Made by a program: the position numbers and the translations under genes
DNA from: Euryarchaeota archaeon UBA605
GTDB taxonomy: Archaea > Thermoplasmatota > Poseidoniia > Poseidoniales > Thalassarchaeaceae
Reading direction: 5' to 3'
Assembly (NCBI GenBank): GCA_002504905.1
Contig: DATY01000013.1
Span: 76,688 to 140,687, forward strand
Length of the DNA stretch: 64,000 bases
Notes under the pieces: model-generated
The model's input: the letters and a program-made list of their open reading frames with translations, nothing else
What the model was told of the DNA's origin: nothing
The model's database searches: none
In this document: positions 1-9,232 of the stretch, in pieces
Layout: the number at the start of each line of letters is the position of its first letter
Position numbering within the stretch: the first letter of the stretch is position 1

Positions 1-1
1 T

Positions 2-592
2 AAACCAATTCATCGTGGTGAATTTATCCTATATCGATTATTGGGTTATCTGGCAATTGTTGTTTCATACACTGTAATTTTAACTTTCATAATTGCTTTT
101 ATTACCTCAATAATTGGACCTGGAGAATCAATAATCCGACTCTCAGATTATCCCGTTTGGTTCGGAATCTCACTTTCTACAATATTAGTCTTGACAGCGT
201 ATGGTTCAGTTTTCAATACTGTGGGATTAGTCTTACCTCGATACGGGGTGTATCTTTGTATATTATTTGGAGTATGGGAATTTCTAATGGGTCTGTTCAC
301 AATCACTATTCCTAACTCTACTATTCCTATGCTATCCATTTCTCATTGGGCTATACAGATTATCGATGCTACTGTAATGATAGCTTGGAGTGATACAGCT
401 CTAATGCAGCAAAAAGCAAATGCTTTTGGTTTGGAAACTGGGATATCTTTCTTCTGGCATCCTCCAGTTCATACTCTGGGTACAGGAAGCCCTTTCGTTG
501 CATTAGTACTCAGCATAGTTTTCATTCTAATTTTCAGTTTAGGAATGATTTTGATTGGCCAATTAATTTTCAAAAGAAAGGAGATTATGTGA
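2..592 (+). CDS. ABC-2-type transporter permease, C-terminal part (5' truncated by window edge)
   Basis: Frame is open from position 2 (KPIHRGEFILYRLLGY, a typical permease 'KP.sR.e' segment). Several TM helices; ends in FKRKEI as such permeases often do. Confidence 0.7.
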   Translation, partial: KPIHRGEFILYRLLGYLAIVVSYTVILTFIIAFITSIIGPGESIIRLSDYPVWFGISLSTILVLTAYGSVFNTVGLVLPRYGVYLCILFGVWEFLMGLFTITIPNSTIPMLSISHWAIQIIDATVMIAWSDTALMQQKANAFGLETGISFFWHPPVHTLGTGSPFVALVLSIVFILIFSLGMILIGQLIFKRKEIM

Positions 593-598
593 TTAATT

Positions 599-1798
599 AT
601 GAATGATGAATTAACTAGATTTTCTGGAGATTATTCCTCATTGTGGCGCTTGGATATTATGCCATCTTTACCGCGACTTTCATGGTGGTGGTGGTGGGTT
701 ATTTTATTCATTCCTGATCCTGATAATCCTTCACGATCAAGACAATTGATGGTTCTATGGTCATCAAAAGAAACGCCAGCAATACGTGTCAATCATCATT
801 GGTGGAAACCAGGTTCAAGGATGAGGGTTGATGAACATGGAGGCCATGTAGTACCTGGAATGGTCTGCTCATGGTGGTATGATGGTAAGGAAATGCATGA
901 GCCTTTAGTAATGAAAGAATGTAAGATGGTGTCTTTAGATGATAAACATCCATTATGGCCTTCTGATGGATCTGGAGAAGGTTCCGGCGCAGTGATTCCC
1001 TTGGTTGATGATGATTTATCACTCGGTTTAACGAAAGGAAATAAGAAATTTTGGCTTAATCTGACTAGCGATAAAAGTGCCCAGAAAAATGGTGCTCCAA
1101 GTTCAATTAAGGCTGAACTTACTCCTTGGTGGGGGCCACCAAGTAAATTGACTTACAAGAATAATGTTTTCCTTTCCAATATGGGATATGATATATTGAG
1201 AATCCAGGGAACTAAAGCTTCTGTAGTAATTGATGGTGAAAAATTTGAAGGTACCGGATATTTCCAAAAAGTTAGCGTCCAGGCGCCAACTGTACCTTGG
1301 TTTTGGGGTATGTTGCATTTTGATGATGGTTCTTATCTAGACTGGTTCATGCCTCATATTTCATTTTCTTGTCTAAATATGGATGATAAACCTTGGAAAT
1401 TAAGGGATATTTTTAGGAAAAAAATGAGTGGCTCCGGTATATTTCATGACGCCAACAGAGATAACACTGAAGAATTTAATAATTGCGAAGTAGAATTAGT
1501 TGATCCCGAAGGAGACGAAGAAATATTATTCGATAATGATGGTAACAAATTACCAAAATTTAGAGTTCGTTTATGGAATGAAAAAACTAAGATTTCTTTA
1601 GAAGTCAGAGCCGCATCTCGGGCAAGATGGACCTTCGATCAGCCAACTCGTGCGGGAATGATTAGTCATCTTACTTACAATGAGTACCCTCTTGAATTAT
1701 TACGTATTTCAATTTCTGATGAGCAAGGGCTCCGAACAAAGGATGATTATTCATGGATTCATGGTAATGCTGAACATTCATGGGGATTATTACATTAG
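599..1798 (+). CDS. Hypothetical Trp-rich protein, possible tocopherol-cyclase/CrtC-like double beta-barrel fold
   Basis: 399-aa ORF with SWWWWW, SWWYDG, GYFQKV and PWFWGM aromatic motifs resembling the AttH/CrtC/VTE1 superfamily. Fold assignment is tentative. Confidence 0.5.
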   Translation: MNDELTRFSGDYSSLWRLDIMPSLPRLSWWWWWVILFIPDPDNPSRSRQLMVLWSSKETPAIRVNHHWWKPGSRMRVDEHGGHVVPGMVCSWWYDGKEMHEPLVMKECKMVSLDDKHPLWPSDGSGEGSGAVIPLVDDDLSLGLTKGNKKFWLNLTSDKSAQKNGAPSSIKAELTPWWGPPSKLTYKNNVFLSNMGYDILRIQGTKASVVIDGEKFEGTGYFQKVSVQAPTVPWFWGMLHFDDGSYLDWFMPHISFSCLNMDDKPWKLRDIFRKKMSGSGIFHDANRDNTEEFNNCEVELVDPEGDEEILFDNDGNKLPKFRVRLWNEKTKISLEVRAASRARWTFDQPTRAGMISHLTYNEYPLELLRISISDEQGLRTKDDYSWIHGNAEHSWGLLH

Positions 1799-1801
1799 GA
1801 T

Positions 1802-2725
1802 GTGGTTTTATTGAATGAAATTGTATCTGAATTCAGAGATTCTATTGATGAAGAATTGGTAAGGAGAAAGTTTTCTTCATTAAATGATGATGAAATTCCT
1901 GTTTGGATGGGTTCACCGACAGTCCTCTCATACTCTCCAAGGTATCTTCTTGCAGTAATTATTTTCTCTGTACATTTCATATTCTATCGAGTAGCAGTTA
2001 CTATTTTTGCAGAAGGAAAGGAAGGATTTTTTTACACATTTCTACGAATTATAGATCAGCTATTTGATTTAATTGACGTTTTCGCATTCATTATTGTAAT
2101 GCTATTTATTGCGAGGATTAATCATTTTCTTAATATCTCAACATCAAGTTTGAGGACAACTTTTTTCTTGATAATTGTCGGTTTAATTCCATCTGTTTGG
2201 TATATTGTGAATATAATTGACTGGATTTTAGTGCTAATAGGCAGAGAAGGGATAAACATCCCAGAATGGTTTGATACTTGGTTTCTAACTCTGGGAATAA
2301 TAACTTCCATGATTTTCTTGATTTATAATATCATTTCGCAATTTTCTTATTCATACCTAATTACTGATAAGAATATTTACATAAGGAGGAAAATTTTGCT
2401 ATTTTATAATTCAATCACAGTATTTAGGCTGGATGAATTAGTTAATCTCAAAACTCAGATGTCATTTTTTGGAAAAATAATAGGATATGGTAATATTTTA
2501 CCGATCACAGAAGAAAGTATAGAAATACAATCTAAAATCAAAGTTGAGAAATCTGGATTTCAAAAGATAATTCATTTTATCAGGTTGTTTATCTCTTATC
2601 AGAGGCCAAAAAAGGAGTTACCAATTAATCCTTCTGAGTGTATTTTTGGAGTTAGAAAGCCAATGATTGTATATGAATTAGTAAACGAATTAATAGATGA
2701 AAATAATATTGAAATAGAAATTTAG
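1802..2725 (+). CDS. Membrane protein with C-terminal bacterial PH (bPH_2-like) domain
   Basis: GTG start, several TM helices, then YSYLITDKNIYIRR...FFGKIIGYGNI matching the bPH_2 pattern. Confidence 0.65.
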   Translation: MVLLNEIVSEFRDSIDEELVRRKFSSLNDDEIPVWMGSPTVLSYSPRYLLAVIIFSVHFIFYRVAVTIFAEGKEGFFYTFLRIIDQLFDLIDVFAFIIVMLFIARINHFLNISTSSLRTTFFLIIVGLIPSVWYIVNIIDWILVLIGREGINIPEWFDTWFLTLGIITSMIFLIYNIISQFSYSYLITDKNIYIRRKILLFYNSITVFRLDELVNLKTQMSFFGKIIGYGNILPITEESIEIQSKIKVEKSGFQKIIHFIRLFISYQRPKKELPINPSECIFGVRKPMIVYELVNELIDENNIEIEI

Positions 2726-2779
2726 GTTTCCGCATTGTTATTAATGAAAAGGTATCGAGAGTACATTAGAGGGATTCAC

Positions 2780-3325
2780 ATGTCCGAAGAAGATATCATT
2801 ACAATTGCAGCACAACACATTACCAAAGGAGATTTCATGGGAGCCATGGAAATATTTGAGAATCATGTTAATGAAAATCCTAAAGATCCTGCTGGATATC
2901 ATGGTTGGGCTGAAGCAGCAATGTTTGAAATTCAAGAAAATGGTAATTTTGATGAAAAAGGAAATGATAGAATTAATGAGGGTAAAGTGCAGTCCTATCT
3001 TAGAAAAGCAGCAGGTTTAGAGCCAGATAACGCTGAATATCAGGCAGCATTTGCAAATGCCCTGATAGAGTTTGATCGTGTCCCTATGGCTGTTCGAGAA
3101 TTCAAGAAGTTGATTGAGCTTGGCAAGAAGATAGAAGATGTTGATGTTTCTTTCCATCTCTATGAGGCTGCTAAACAATTGATAGATTCAATTGATGTTA
3201 AAGTTGGTTATGATCGCAGTGAGCAGTTTGCTAGACAATTTATTCCCATTGCAATTGAATTCGCAATTTTAGGATTAGGTTTCTCATCTGTAGAGGAAGC
3301 AATGGAATATCTGACTGAGGAATAA
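2780..3325 (+). CDS. TPR-repeat protein
   Basis: ATG 2780 (MSEEDII). Helical repeats with NPKDPAGYHGWAEA and EPDNAEYQAAFANAL TPR signatures. Confidence 0.7.
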   Translation: MSEEDIITIAAQHITKGDFMGAMEIFENHVNENPKDPAGYHGWAEAAMFEIQENGNFDEKGNDRINEGKVQSYLRKAAGLEPDNAEYQAAFANALIEFDRVPMAVREFKKLIELGKKIEDVDVSFHLYEAAKQLIDSIDVKVGYDRSEQFARQFIPIAIEFAILGLGFSSVEEAMEYLTEE

Positions 3326-3339
3326 GGGGGGAATTCCGA

Positions 3340-4221
3340 TTGACTAGCGGCCGTATTATGGTCGCATTTGGTTATCATGGAAGTCACTTTCATGGTTCTC
3401 AGATTCAACCAGATGTTCCTACAGTGCAAAAGGCTATTGAAAACGCGTTAAGGAAGGTTAGTTGGTGGACTGATGGATGTCTAGAAATGTCCAGCAGAAC
3501 TGATGCTGGTGTTAGTGTAAGAATGAATCTTGCTTGTATAGACATACCAATTACGGTTTGGAATGAAGTAGAGAAAAAAACAATCCTTAGAGTTCTCAAT
3601 AATCGATTCCCTGAAGGTTTGTGCGCATGGAACTTGGTCAAAGTTGAATCTGATATCAGAAGCAGAGCTGCCATTAATAGGACATATCTTTATCGAACTG
3701 AATTAATTGAAGAATGGTCAGCAGGAATAGATGAAAAATTATTCATTGACTCTTGCAAATATATTGTCGGCACTCATAATTTTACAAATTTTTGTAAATT
3801 AGAAGAAGATAAGAATCCAATTCGTACCATTGATTTCTGTGAACCTTGGTACTCTTCTGATGGTAGAATAATTGGTATTCATATTAGTTCCGAGGCATTT
3901 TTATGGAATCAAGTTAGAAGAATAGCAGCGGCAATTACGGGTGTTGCAACTCGAAGAATTGATTTCGATTTATTCAAATCAGCATTACAAAATCCTGAAA
4001 CATCCTTAGATTTAGGAAGAGCACCCTCTAATGGCCTGATTCTTTGGTCGATTGAACACCAATTTTCTGAAAGAATGGGTTTAGATTGTAAACCAGACAC
4101 AACAGGTTTCTCTATGCCACCAGAAAAAAAATATCGATTTAAGAGATGGTTATCCATGGCGAAGTTAGAGATGGGGATGTTAATTGAAAGAGATTGGGAA
4201 TCTTCTCTTAATTTAATTTGA
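3340..4221 (+). CDS. truA: tRNA pseudouridine(38-40) synthase TruA
   Basis: GYHGSHFHGSQIQ, catalytic SRTDAGV, GTHNFTNF, FLWNQVRRI and APSNGLIL motifs. TTG start preceded by a G-rich RBS. Confidence 0.92.
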   Translation: MTSGRIMVAFGYHGSHFHGSQIQPDVPTVQKAIENALRKVSWWTDGCLEMSSRTDAGVSVRMNLACIDIPITVWNEVEKKTILRVLNNRFPEGLCAWNLVKVESDIRSRAAINRTYLYRTELIEEWSAGIDEKLFIDSCKYIVGTHNFTNFCKLEEDKNPIRTIDFCEPWYSSDGRIIGIHISSEAFLWNQVRRIAAAITGVATRRIDFDLFKSALQNPETSLDLGRAPSNGLILWSIEHQFSERMGLDCKPDTTGFSMPPEKKYRFKRWLSMAKLEMGMLIERDWESSLNLI

Positions 4222-4642
4222 TTTCTAATTTATCCCCATCATTACATGGAAGAGATTCTCTTAGAAATGAACCCGAAATTACTTCTGCTGTTTCCGTATG
4301 TCTTGTTAGGTCTGGAATCAATATTGCACATTCTATCCAATTTTTTCCATCGGACGAAATTTTGGCAAGAAAAGCCGTTGCTCCTCCAAAAGATTTACCA
4401 TCTCTTTCAAAACCTTTAATCCTAAGCGGCTTAGTTTTTAGTTTGACTTCACCTTCCTCAAGCCCTGATAAAATTCTTAAATCTTGATAGTTTGACAAAC
4501 TTGATTTTTCCATATCGAGGTTTAAGGTTCCAGGCCATGCACTGACTTTGAGAACTTTCTTAAATTGTTCTTGGTAATGTGGTTGAGCCATGAATATATG
4601 CGCTCTTCCTAGTCCGCTGGACACTTTGCCATACAGGTGCAT
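4208..4642 (-). CDS. ribK: CTP-dependent riboflavin kinase (archaeal, no HTH domain)
   Basis: GKVSSGLG...WPGTLNL...FGG...IPDLTRH...E...LRESL pattern of DUF120/RibK. Confidence 0.88.
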   Translation of the reverse strand: MHLYGKVSSGLGRAHIFMAQPHYQEQFKKVLKVSAWPGTLNLDMEKSSLSNYQDLRILSGLEEGEVKLKTKPLRIKGFERDGKSFGGATAFLAKISSDGKNWIECAILIPDLTRHTETAEVISGSFLRESLPCNDGDKLEIKLN

Positions 4643-4689
4643 GATTAACCGCCTATTTCTTCATTCAAGAGGCTTACCGCTAGAATATC

Positions 4690-5577
4690 CTATAATGTTA
4701 GCACATTGCCCATTTCGGCGATTTTCCAGCCATTAAGTTCAACAATTTTTCTTTGTTTTGAATTGATATCATTCACTGGATTTGAGTGATTTAGATGTAA
4801 AAATGAGATTTCAGGATCATCTTCCATTTTCTTACCAAGGAGTTGCAGACTATCTTGTATTGTAGGGTGTGGTATTTCTGAAATATTTCTCCCAGGTAAT
4901 TCCTCCATACTCCAGAAAGTTCCATCAATTAGTGCTTCATCGATATCAAAAATTCTGAAAAAATCTCTAACATTATCTTTCGAATAATATTCCAGTGTTT
5001 TTTCCCATGAATCTTGATCTGGCATAAATAAGATATTTCTTTCCTTTCCATTTATAATTATTGCAGAAGTATCTCCTAATTCACTTCTATGAGGGATAGG
5101 AATAAACTGTAGTGAAAAACCACATCCTTCTTTTGGCTCAAATGGTTGATAAAATTCCTTTGCATGTGTTCTAATATTGTCATCTTCAATCATTAATCTA
5201 ATATCACTTCTATTATCGAAATTTTTCTTATTTTCTCTACTAAGGAAGATATCAATTTTTTTTAATCCCATTACAGGTTTCCCAAATTGTCCAATACCTT
5301 CTATATGCCCTAGATGTAAGTGACTAATTGACACAGTTTCAGGAATAAATATTTCTTTACCTATTGTTGTCCAAATCATTAATTGCTCAGATAGATTTTT
5401 TGTAATTTCAATAATGTGCTTGGACCCATCAGACCCAATAACTCCTAAACATACAGGATATTTTCTTAATTTGAAATCTTTGTGAGCTTCCATACAAGTT
5501 CTACATGAACAACCAGATTGTGGGATGCCACCATCTTGAGCAGTACCCAATATTGTTACGCTAACTCCTGATGTCAT
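4690..5577 (-). CDS. PqqB-like metallo-beta-lactamase-fold hydrolase
   Basis: GTAQDGGIPQSGCSCRTC, SHLHLGH, PIPHRSE, DGTFWS, IPHP and HLNHSNP motifs. Likely start MTSGV at 5577. Confidence 0.8.
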   Translation of the reverse strand: MTSGVSVTILGTAQDGGIPQSGCSCRTCMEAHKDFKLRKYPVCLGVIGSDGSKHIIEITKNLSEQLMIWTTIGKEIFIPETVSISHLHLGHIEGIGQFGKPVMGLKKIDIFLSRENKKNFDNRSDIRLMIEDDNIRTHAKEFYQPFEPKEGCGFSLQFIPIPHRSELGDTSAIIINGKERNILFMPDQDSWEKTLEYYSKDNVRDFFRIFDIDEALIDGTFWSMEELPGRNISEIPHPTIQDSLQLLGKKMEDDPEISFLHLNHSNPVNDINSKQRKIVELNGWKIAEMGNVLTL

Positions 5578-5674
5578 CGGATATCCGTATGGGTCCCAAT
5601 CTTTAAATCGTCGATTACGAAAATAGTAATCATTCCATAGAAGCACCAATGAACCCTATCCTCTTGGCAGGTTC

Positions 5675-6856
5675 ATGGCTGCGGACACTTCATGGATGAC
5701 ATCACGTTTCAGCGAGATTAAAAAACAGGGTTTAGATTGGAATCCACCTACTCTAGAAACGTCCAATGATGCGAGATGTGTTATTGATGGTAAAGAGACA
5801 ATAATGCTTTCTTCAAATAACTATCTTAATCTAACAAATCATCCAAAGGTCATTGATGCTATGATTTCTGCTACACGCAAGTATGGGGCCGGTAGTGGCT
5901 CAGTTAGGGCAATAGCTGGTACAATGGATATTCATCTTGAAGCGGAGAAAAAAGTTGCTGAATTTAAGAAAGTAGAATCCTCTTTAATTTATTCCGCAGG
6001 TTATACTGTTAATGTGGGTTTAATTCCAACATTGGTTAGAGGTTCAGAAGATGTAATAATCAGTGATGAATTAAATCATGGCTCTATAATCGATGGAGTA
6101 AGGCTAACTAAAGCACGTAGAGGAGTTTATTCACATAATGATATGGGGGAATTGGAGGCAGTGCTCAAAGAAAACTCAGATGCTGAAAGAAAATTAATAA
6201 TCACTGATGGAGTATTTTCAATGGACGGAGACATAGCTCCATTGGATGAAATTAGTAAGTTAGCCGACGAATACAATTCAATGATTTTTGTCGATGACTG
6301 CCATGGAGAAGGTGTCTTAGGTGACAAAGGTGCAGGTATAGTTGATCACTTTAACTTACAGGGAAAAGTTGATTTCGAAGTTGGTTCATTTTCTAAAGCA
6401 TTAGGGGTCCAGGGAGGAATTCTTGCAGGCTCTAAGGAAGTCAGAAATCATGCACTGAATCACTCTAGATCATGGCTCTTGTCAGGTAGCCAACCACCCG
6501 GTGTTGCAGCGGCACAAAAAGCCGCAATTCAGGTTCTGATGAGTGAGCCTCAACATCATTCTAGGCTATGGGATAATACTAACTATTTCCGTAAAGAATT
6601 ACAATCACTAGGTTTTGATACAGGTTTTTCTGAAACTCCAATCATACCTATAATGTGTGGCGAATCCTTAGTAGCTAAACAATTATCTGAAGAACTTGGC
6701 AAGAGTAATATAATGGCAGGCGCAATAGTGTTTCCAATGGTTGCTAGAGATAGAGCCAGAGTAAGAACGCAAATGTCTGCTGGACTAAGTCGCGATGATC
6801 TAGATAGCGTACTTAGGGTTTTAGAAAACATTGGTCCTAAATTAAAATTAATATGA
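5675..6856 (+). CDS. kbl: PLP-dependent 2-oxoamine synthase (glycine C-acetyltransferase / AONS family)
   Basis: SSNNYLNL, SDELNHGSIIDG, DGVFSMDGD, VDDCHG, GSFSKALG and RVRTQMSA motifs. Confidence 0.8.
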   Translation: MAADTSWMTSRFSEIKKQGLDWNPPTLETSNDARCVIDGKETIMLSSNNYLNLTNHPKVIDAMISATRKYGAGSGSVRAIAGTMDIHLEAEKKVAEFKKVESSLIYSAGYTVNVGLIPTLVRGSEDVIISDELNHGSIIDGVRLTKARRGVYSHNDMGELEAVLKENSDAERKLIITDGVFSMDGDIAPLDEISKLADEYNSMIFVDDCHGEGVLGDKGAGIVDHFNLQGKVDFEVGSFSKALGVQGGILAGSKEVRNHALNHSRSWLLSGSQPPGVAAAQKAAIQVLMSEPQHHSRLWDNTNYFRKELQSLGFDTGFSETPIIPIMCGESLVAKQLSEELGKSNIMAGAIVFPMVARDRARVRTQMSAGLSRDDLDSVLRVLENIGPKLKLI

Positions 6857-6865
6857 GTTGTTATC

Positions 6866-7291
6866 ATGGTCCAAACCTCATCCTTAGATAAAAATACGAT
6901 TAATTCAATGTTGGAAAGAATAAATTCTGTTCCAATTACTGAAACCCTGAATATGAAAATATTGAGGCTCGATAAAGGTGAATGTGAGGCCTTTATTCCT
7001 AGAGATACCATGTGGGATGGAATTTTTGAAACATTCCATGGAGGAATTCTTGCTACAATCGCAGATAGCATTACTTGTTGGTCTATTTTAACAAAAATAG
7101 GTTCTGATCGAAAAGTTGCAACTACAGATTTTAATATTAGATTTTTACGACCTTGTAAGACTGATGTCAGATGTGTAGCTAAAGTGATCAAGGCAGGGCG
7201 AACATTGAGTCTGGCAGAAGCAGAGATTTTCGATATGGAAGGTAAAATAGTTGCAATTTCACAAGTAAATTATATTTCACTTGATTCATGA
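6866..7291 (+). CDS. PaaI-family hotdog-fold thioesterase
   Basis: FHGGILATIADS and TTDFNIRFLRP motifs; 141 aa. Confidence 0.88.
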   Translation: MVQTSSLDKNTINSMLERINSVPITETLNMKILRLDKGECEAFIPRDTMWDGIFETFHGGILATIADSITCWSILTKIGSDRKVATTDFNIRFLRPCKTDVRCVAKVIKAGRTLSLAEAEIFDMEGKIVAISQVNYISLDS

Positions 7292-7909
7292 ATCTAATTC
7301 TTCTATAGCATTCTCTAATTCGTTGAAATTTTGTTCACTTAACTCAGGATTTTCTTTTTCTAAATATATTGTCTTCTTCATACCCTCAAATGGATTTAAG
7401 TCTCTATCTATTCTTTCAATCATTCTCCACCTTGGGGCATAAGATATTTGGATATATATTGGCCCTGGAGAGATCAAAATGAAATATCCTAGTATTTGTA
7501 ATTCTTCAGGGGTAGAGAAAATTATCGTTATTGTAGTGATAAAGAATCCAACGAATGGCAATGGGTAGAGATATCTTCTCCTTCTTTCTAGCCTTACTGG
7601 CGGTATTTTTATCAAAGAAGAAATAACAGTTGAAATAGCACCCAATGAAGCACATAAAAGGATTATTATTAAGCTTTGAAAACCCCATTTCTCTAGTATA
7701 TCTATACTACTTTCAGAATTAGAGTTCCCATCATAAAACATTGGTAATAAAAGTGTTAAGTTTATTATAATTGCATAAACAATACCTACAAAAACTGGAC
7801 TTGAGATTGACAGAGAGTAATTCAAGAATAGTTGACTAATCGAGCCTCCTTCAAGCATATGCCTATGCTCATCATCGTATTCTTCGAGGCGTTCGCGCCA
7901 ATTAGGCAT
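7286..7909 (-). CDS. Hypothetical membrane protein
   Basis: 207-aa ORF with about 4 hydrophobic segments; fills the gap between genes. Confidence 0.6.
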   Translation of the reverse strand: MPNWRERLEEYDDEHRHMLEGGSISQLFLNYSLSISSPVFVGIVYAIIINLTLLLPMFYDGNSNSESSIDILEKWGFQSLIIILLCASLGAISTVISSLIKIPPVRLERRRRYLYPLPFVGFFITTITIIFSTPEELQILGYFILISPGPIYIQISYAPRWRMIERIDRDLNPFEGMKKTIYLEKENPELSEQNFNELENAIEELDS

Positions 7910-8061
7910 AATTTATTCCCTCAATACATTATCTTTCATCATTACGGGTAATTTAATTAAAAAATATTGATTTTTACCCGAATAGAATGATGCGATATTC
8001 TAAACTTAATATCGGAGATATTATGACTTAACTATATTGGGAGAGTATTTTGTGGTACTAG

Positions 8062-9231
8062 ATGAATGATGAAGATGTATTGTTTTCGATTACTGATAAG
8101 AATTTAGATTCTGGACTGAGGGGAGTACCAGTTGGAACTTGTCAAACTTCTTTTGTTGACCCTTATGAAGGGGTTCACTATGTCGGTTATCCTGTTGAAG
8201 ACTTGGTAAATATGGAAGAGGAAGATGTAATATTTTTACTGTTCTATAAGCGTCTACCAACTGAAGAAGAATCACAAGAGTTTCGTGCTGAATTAACACA
8301 GAGAGGGAAAAATATCCCTACAGGAGCACTAAGAGTTCTGGAATCCCTAACTCCCGGTAGCGGTCATCCTATGGAATGGCTTTCAATTGGAATTATGGCT
8401 TTAGGAACTGCGGAAAAAACCGGTGATACCAGGGCTGATGCGATGAATCTTATAGCTAGAATGCCCGAACTTATGGCTAGAATCTTCCGTTTAAGAGGAG
8501 GTGAGAAAGAGAAATTGAAGCCACGAAAACCCGGCCTAGGTTTAGTAGAAAATTTCGTACATATGATGGGTTTTGAAGGTAGTCAAGCGCGTGATATTGA
8601 GAGAGTTCTCAGATTCTTTTTCATTCTCCATATGGATCATGGCGGAGGAAATCTTTCAACATTCTCTGGTAAAGCAGTAGCTTCTGGATGGGCGTCAATT
8701 TACTCTTCTATTTCTAGTGCTATGAACGCTCTTTCAGGGCCTCTTCATGGTCAAGCCAATCAGGCATGTCTTGAGTTCGTCAAAAGAATTGGAACATCTG
8801 ACCATCAGGAAATTGAAGACTTTGTACGTACAGAATTAGCCAATCGTAGGAAAATTTATGGTTTTGGACATGGTGTTTTGAGAGCGGAAGACCCAAGAGC
8901 TCGCTTATTGTTTGAATTAGGTGATGAAATTTGCCCTGAACATGAATATTTCAAAATTGCTAGGGCATTGAGAGAAGTAATTCCTCCTATTCTAAGTGAA
9001 ATCCCAAAGATAAGTAATCCCTATCCAAATGTAGATATTGCTAGTGGAAGTTTACTACACTCAGTTGGTTTCAGGATGCCTGAATATTATACAACATTTT
9101 TTGGCTGGGCAAGAGTTGCAGGAATCAGTGCCCAAATACTTGATGAGAGAAATGCTAGAGATGGACGAGGTACTCCTATTTACAGGCCGAAATATATCCC
9201 TAAGAATCAACCATTAAGAAGAATTGAATAA
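8062..9231 (+). CDS. gltA: Citrate synthase
   Basis: GLRGV, HMDHGGGNLS, GPLHGQAN, YGFGHGVLR..DPR and PNVD motifs. Confidence 0.93.
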   Translation: MNDEDVLFSITDKNLDSGLRGVPVGTCQTSFVDPYEGVHYVGYPVEDLVNMEEEDVIFLLFYKRLPTEEESQEFRAELTQRGKNIPTGALRVLESLTPGSGHPMEWLSIGIMALGTAEKTGDTRADAMNLIARMPELMARIFRLRGGEKEKLKPRKPGLGLVENFVHMMGFEGSQARDIERVLRFFFILHMDHGGGNLSTFSGKAVASGWASIYSSISSAMNALSGPLHGQANQACLEFVKRIGTSDHQEIEDFVRTELANRRKIYGFGHGVLRAEDPRARLLFELGDEICPEHEYFKIARALREVIPPILSEIPKISNPYPNVDIASGSLLHSVGFRMPEYYTTFFGWARVAGISAQILDERNARDGRGTPIYRPKYIPKNQPLRRIE

Positions 9232-9232
9232 A

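Noticed and set aside
6583-7191. 202-aa minus-strand ORF
   Set aside because: Lies antisense to the well-supported kbl and thioesterase genes.
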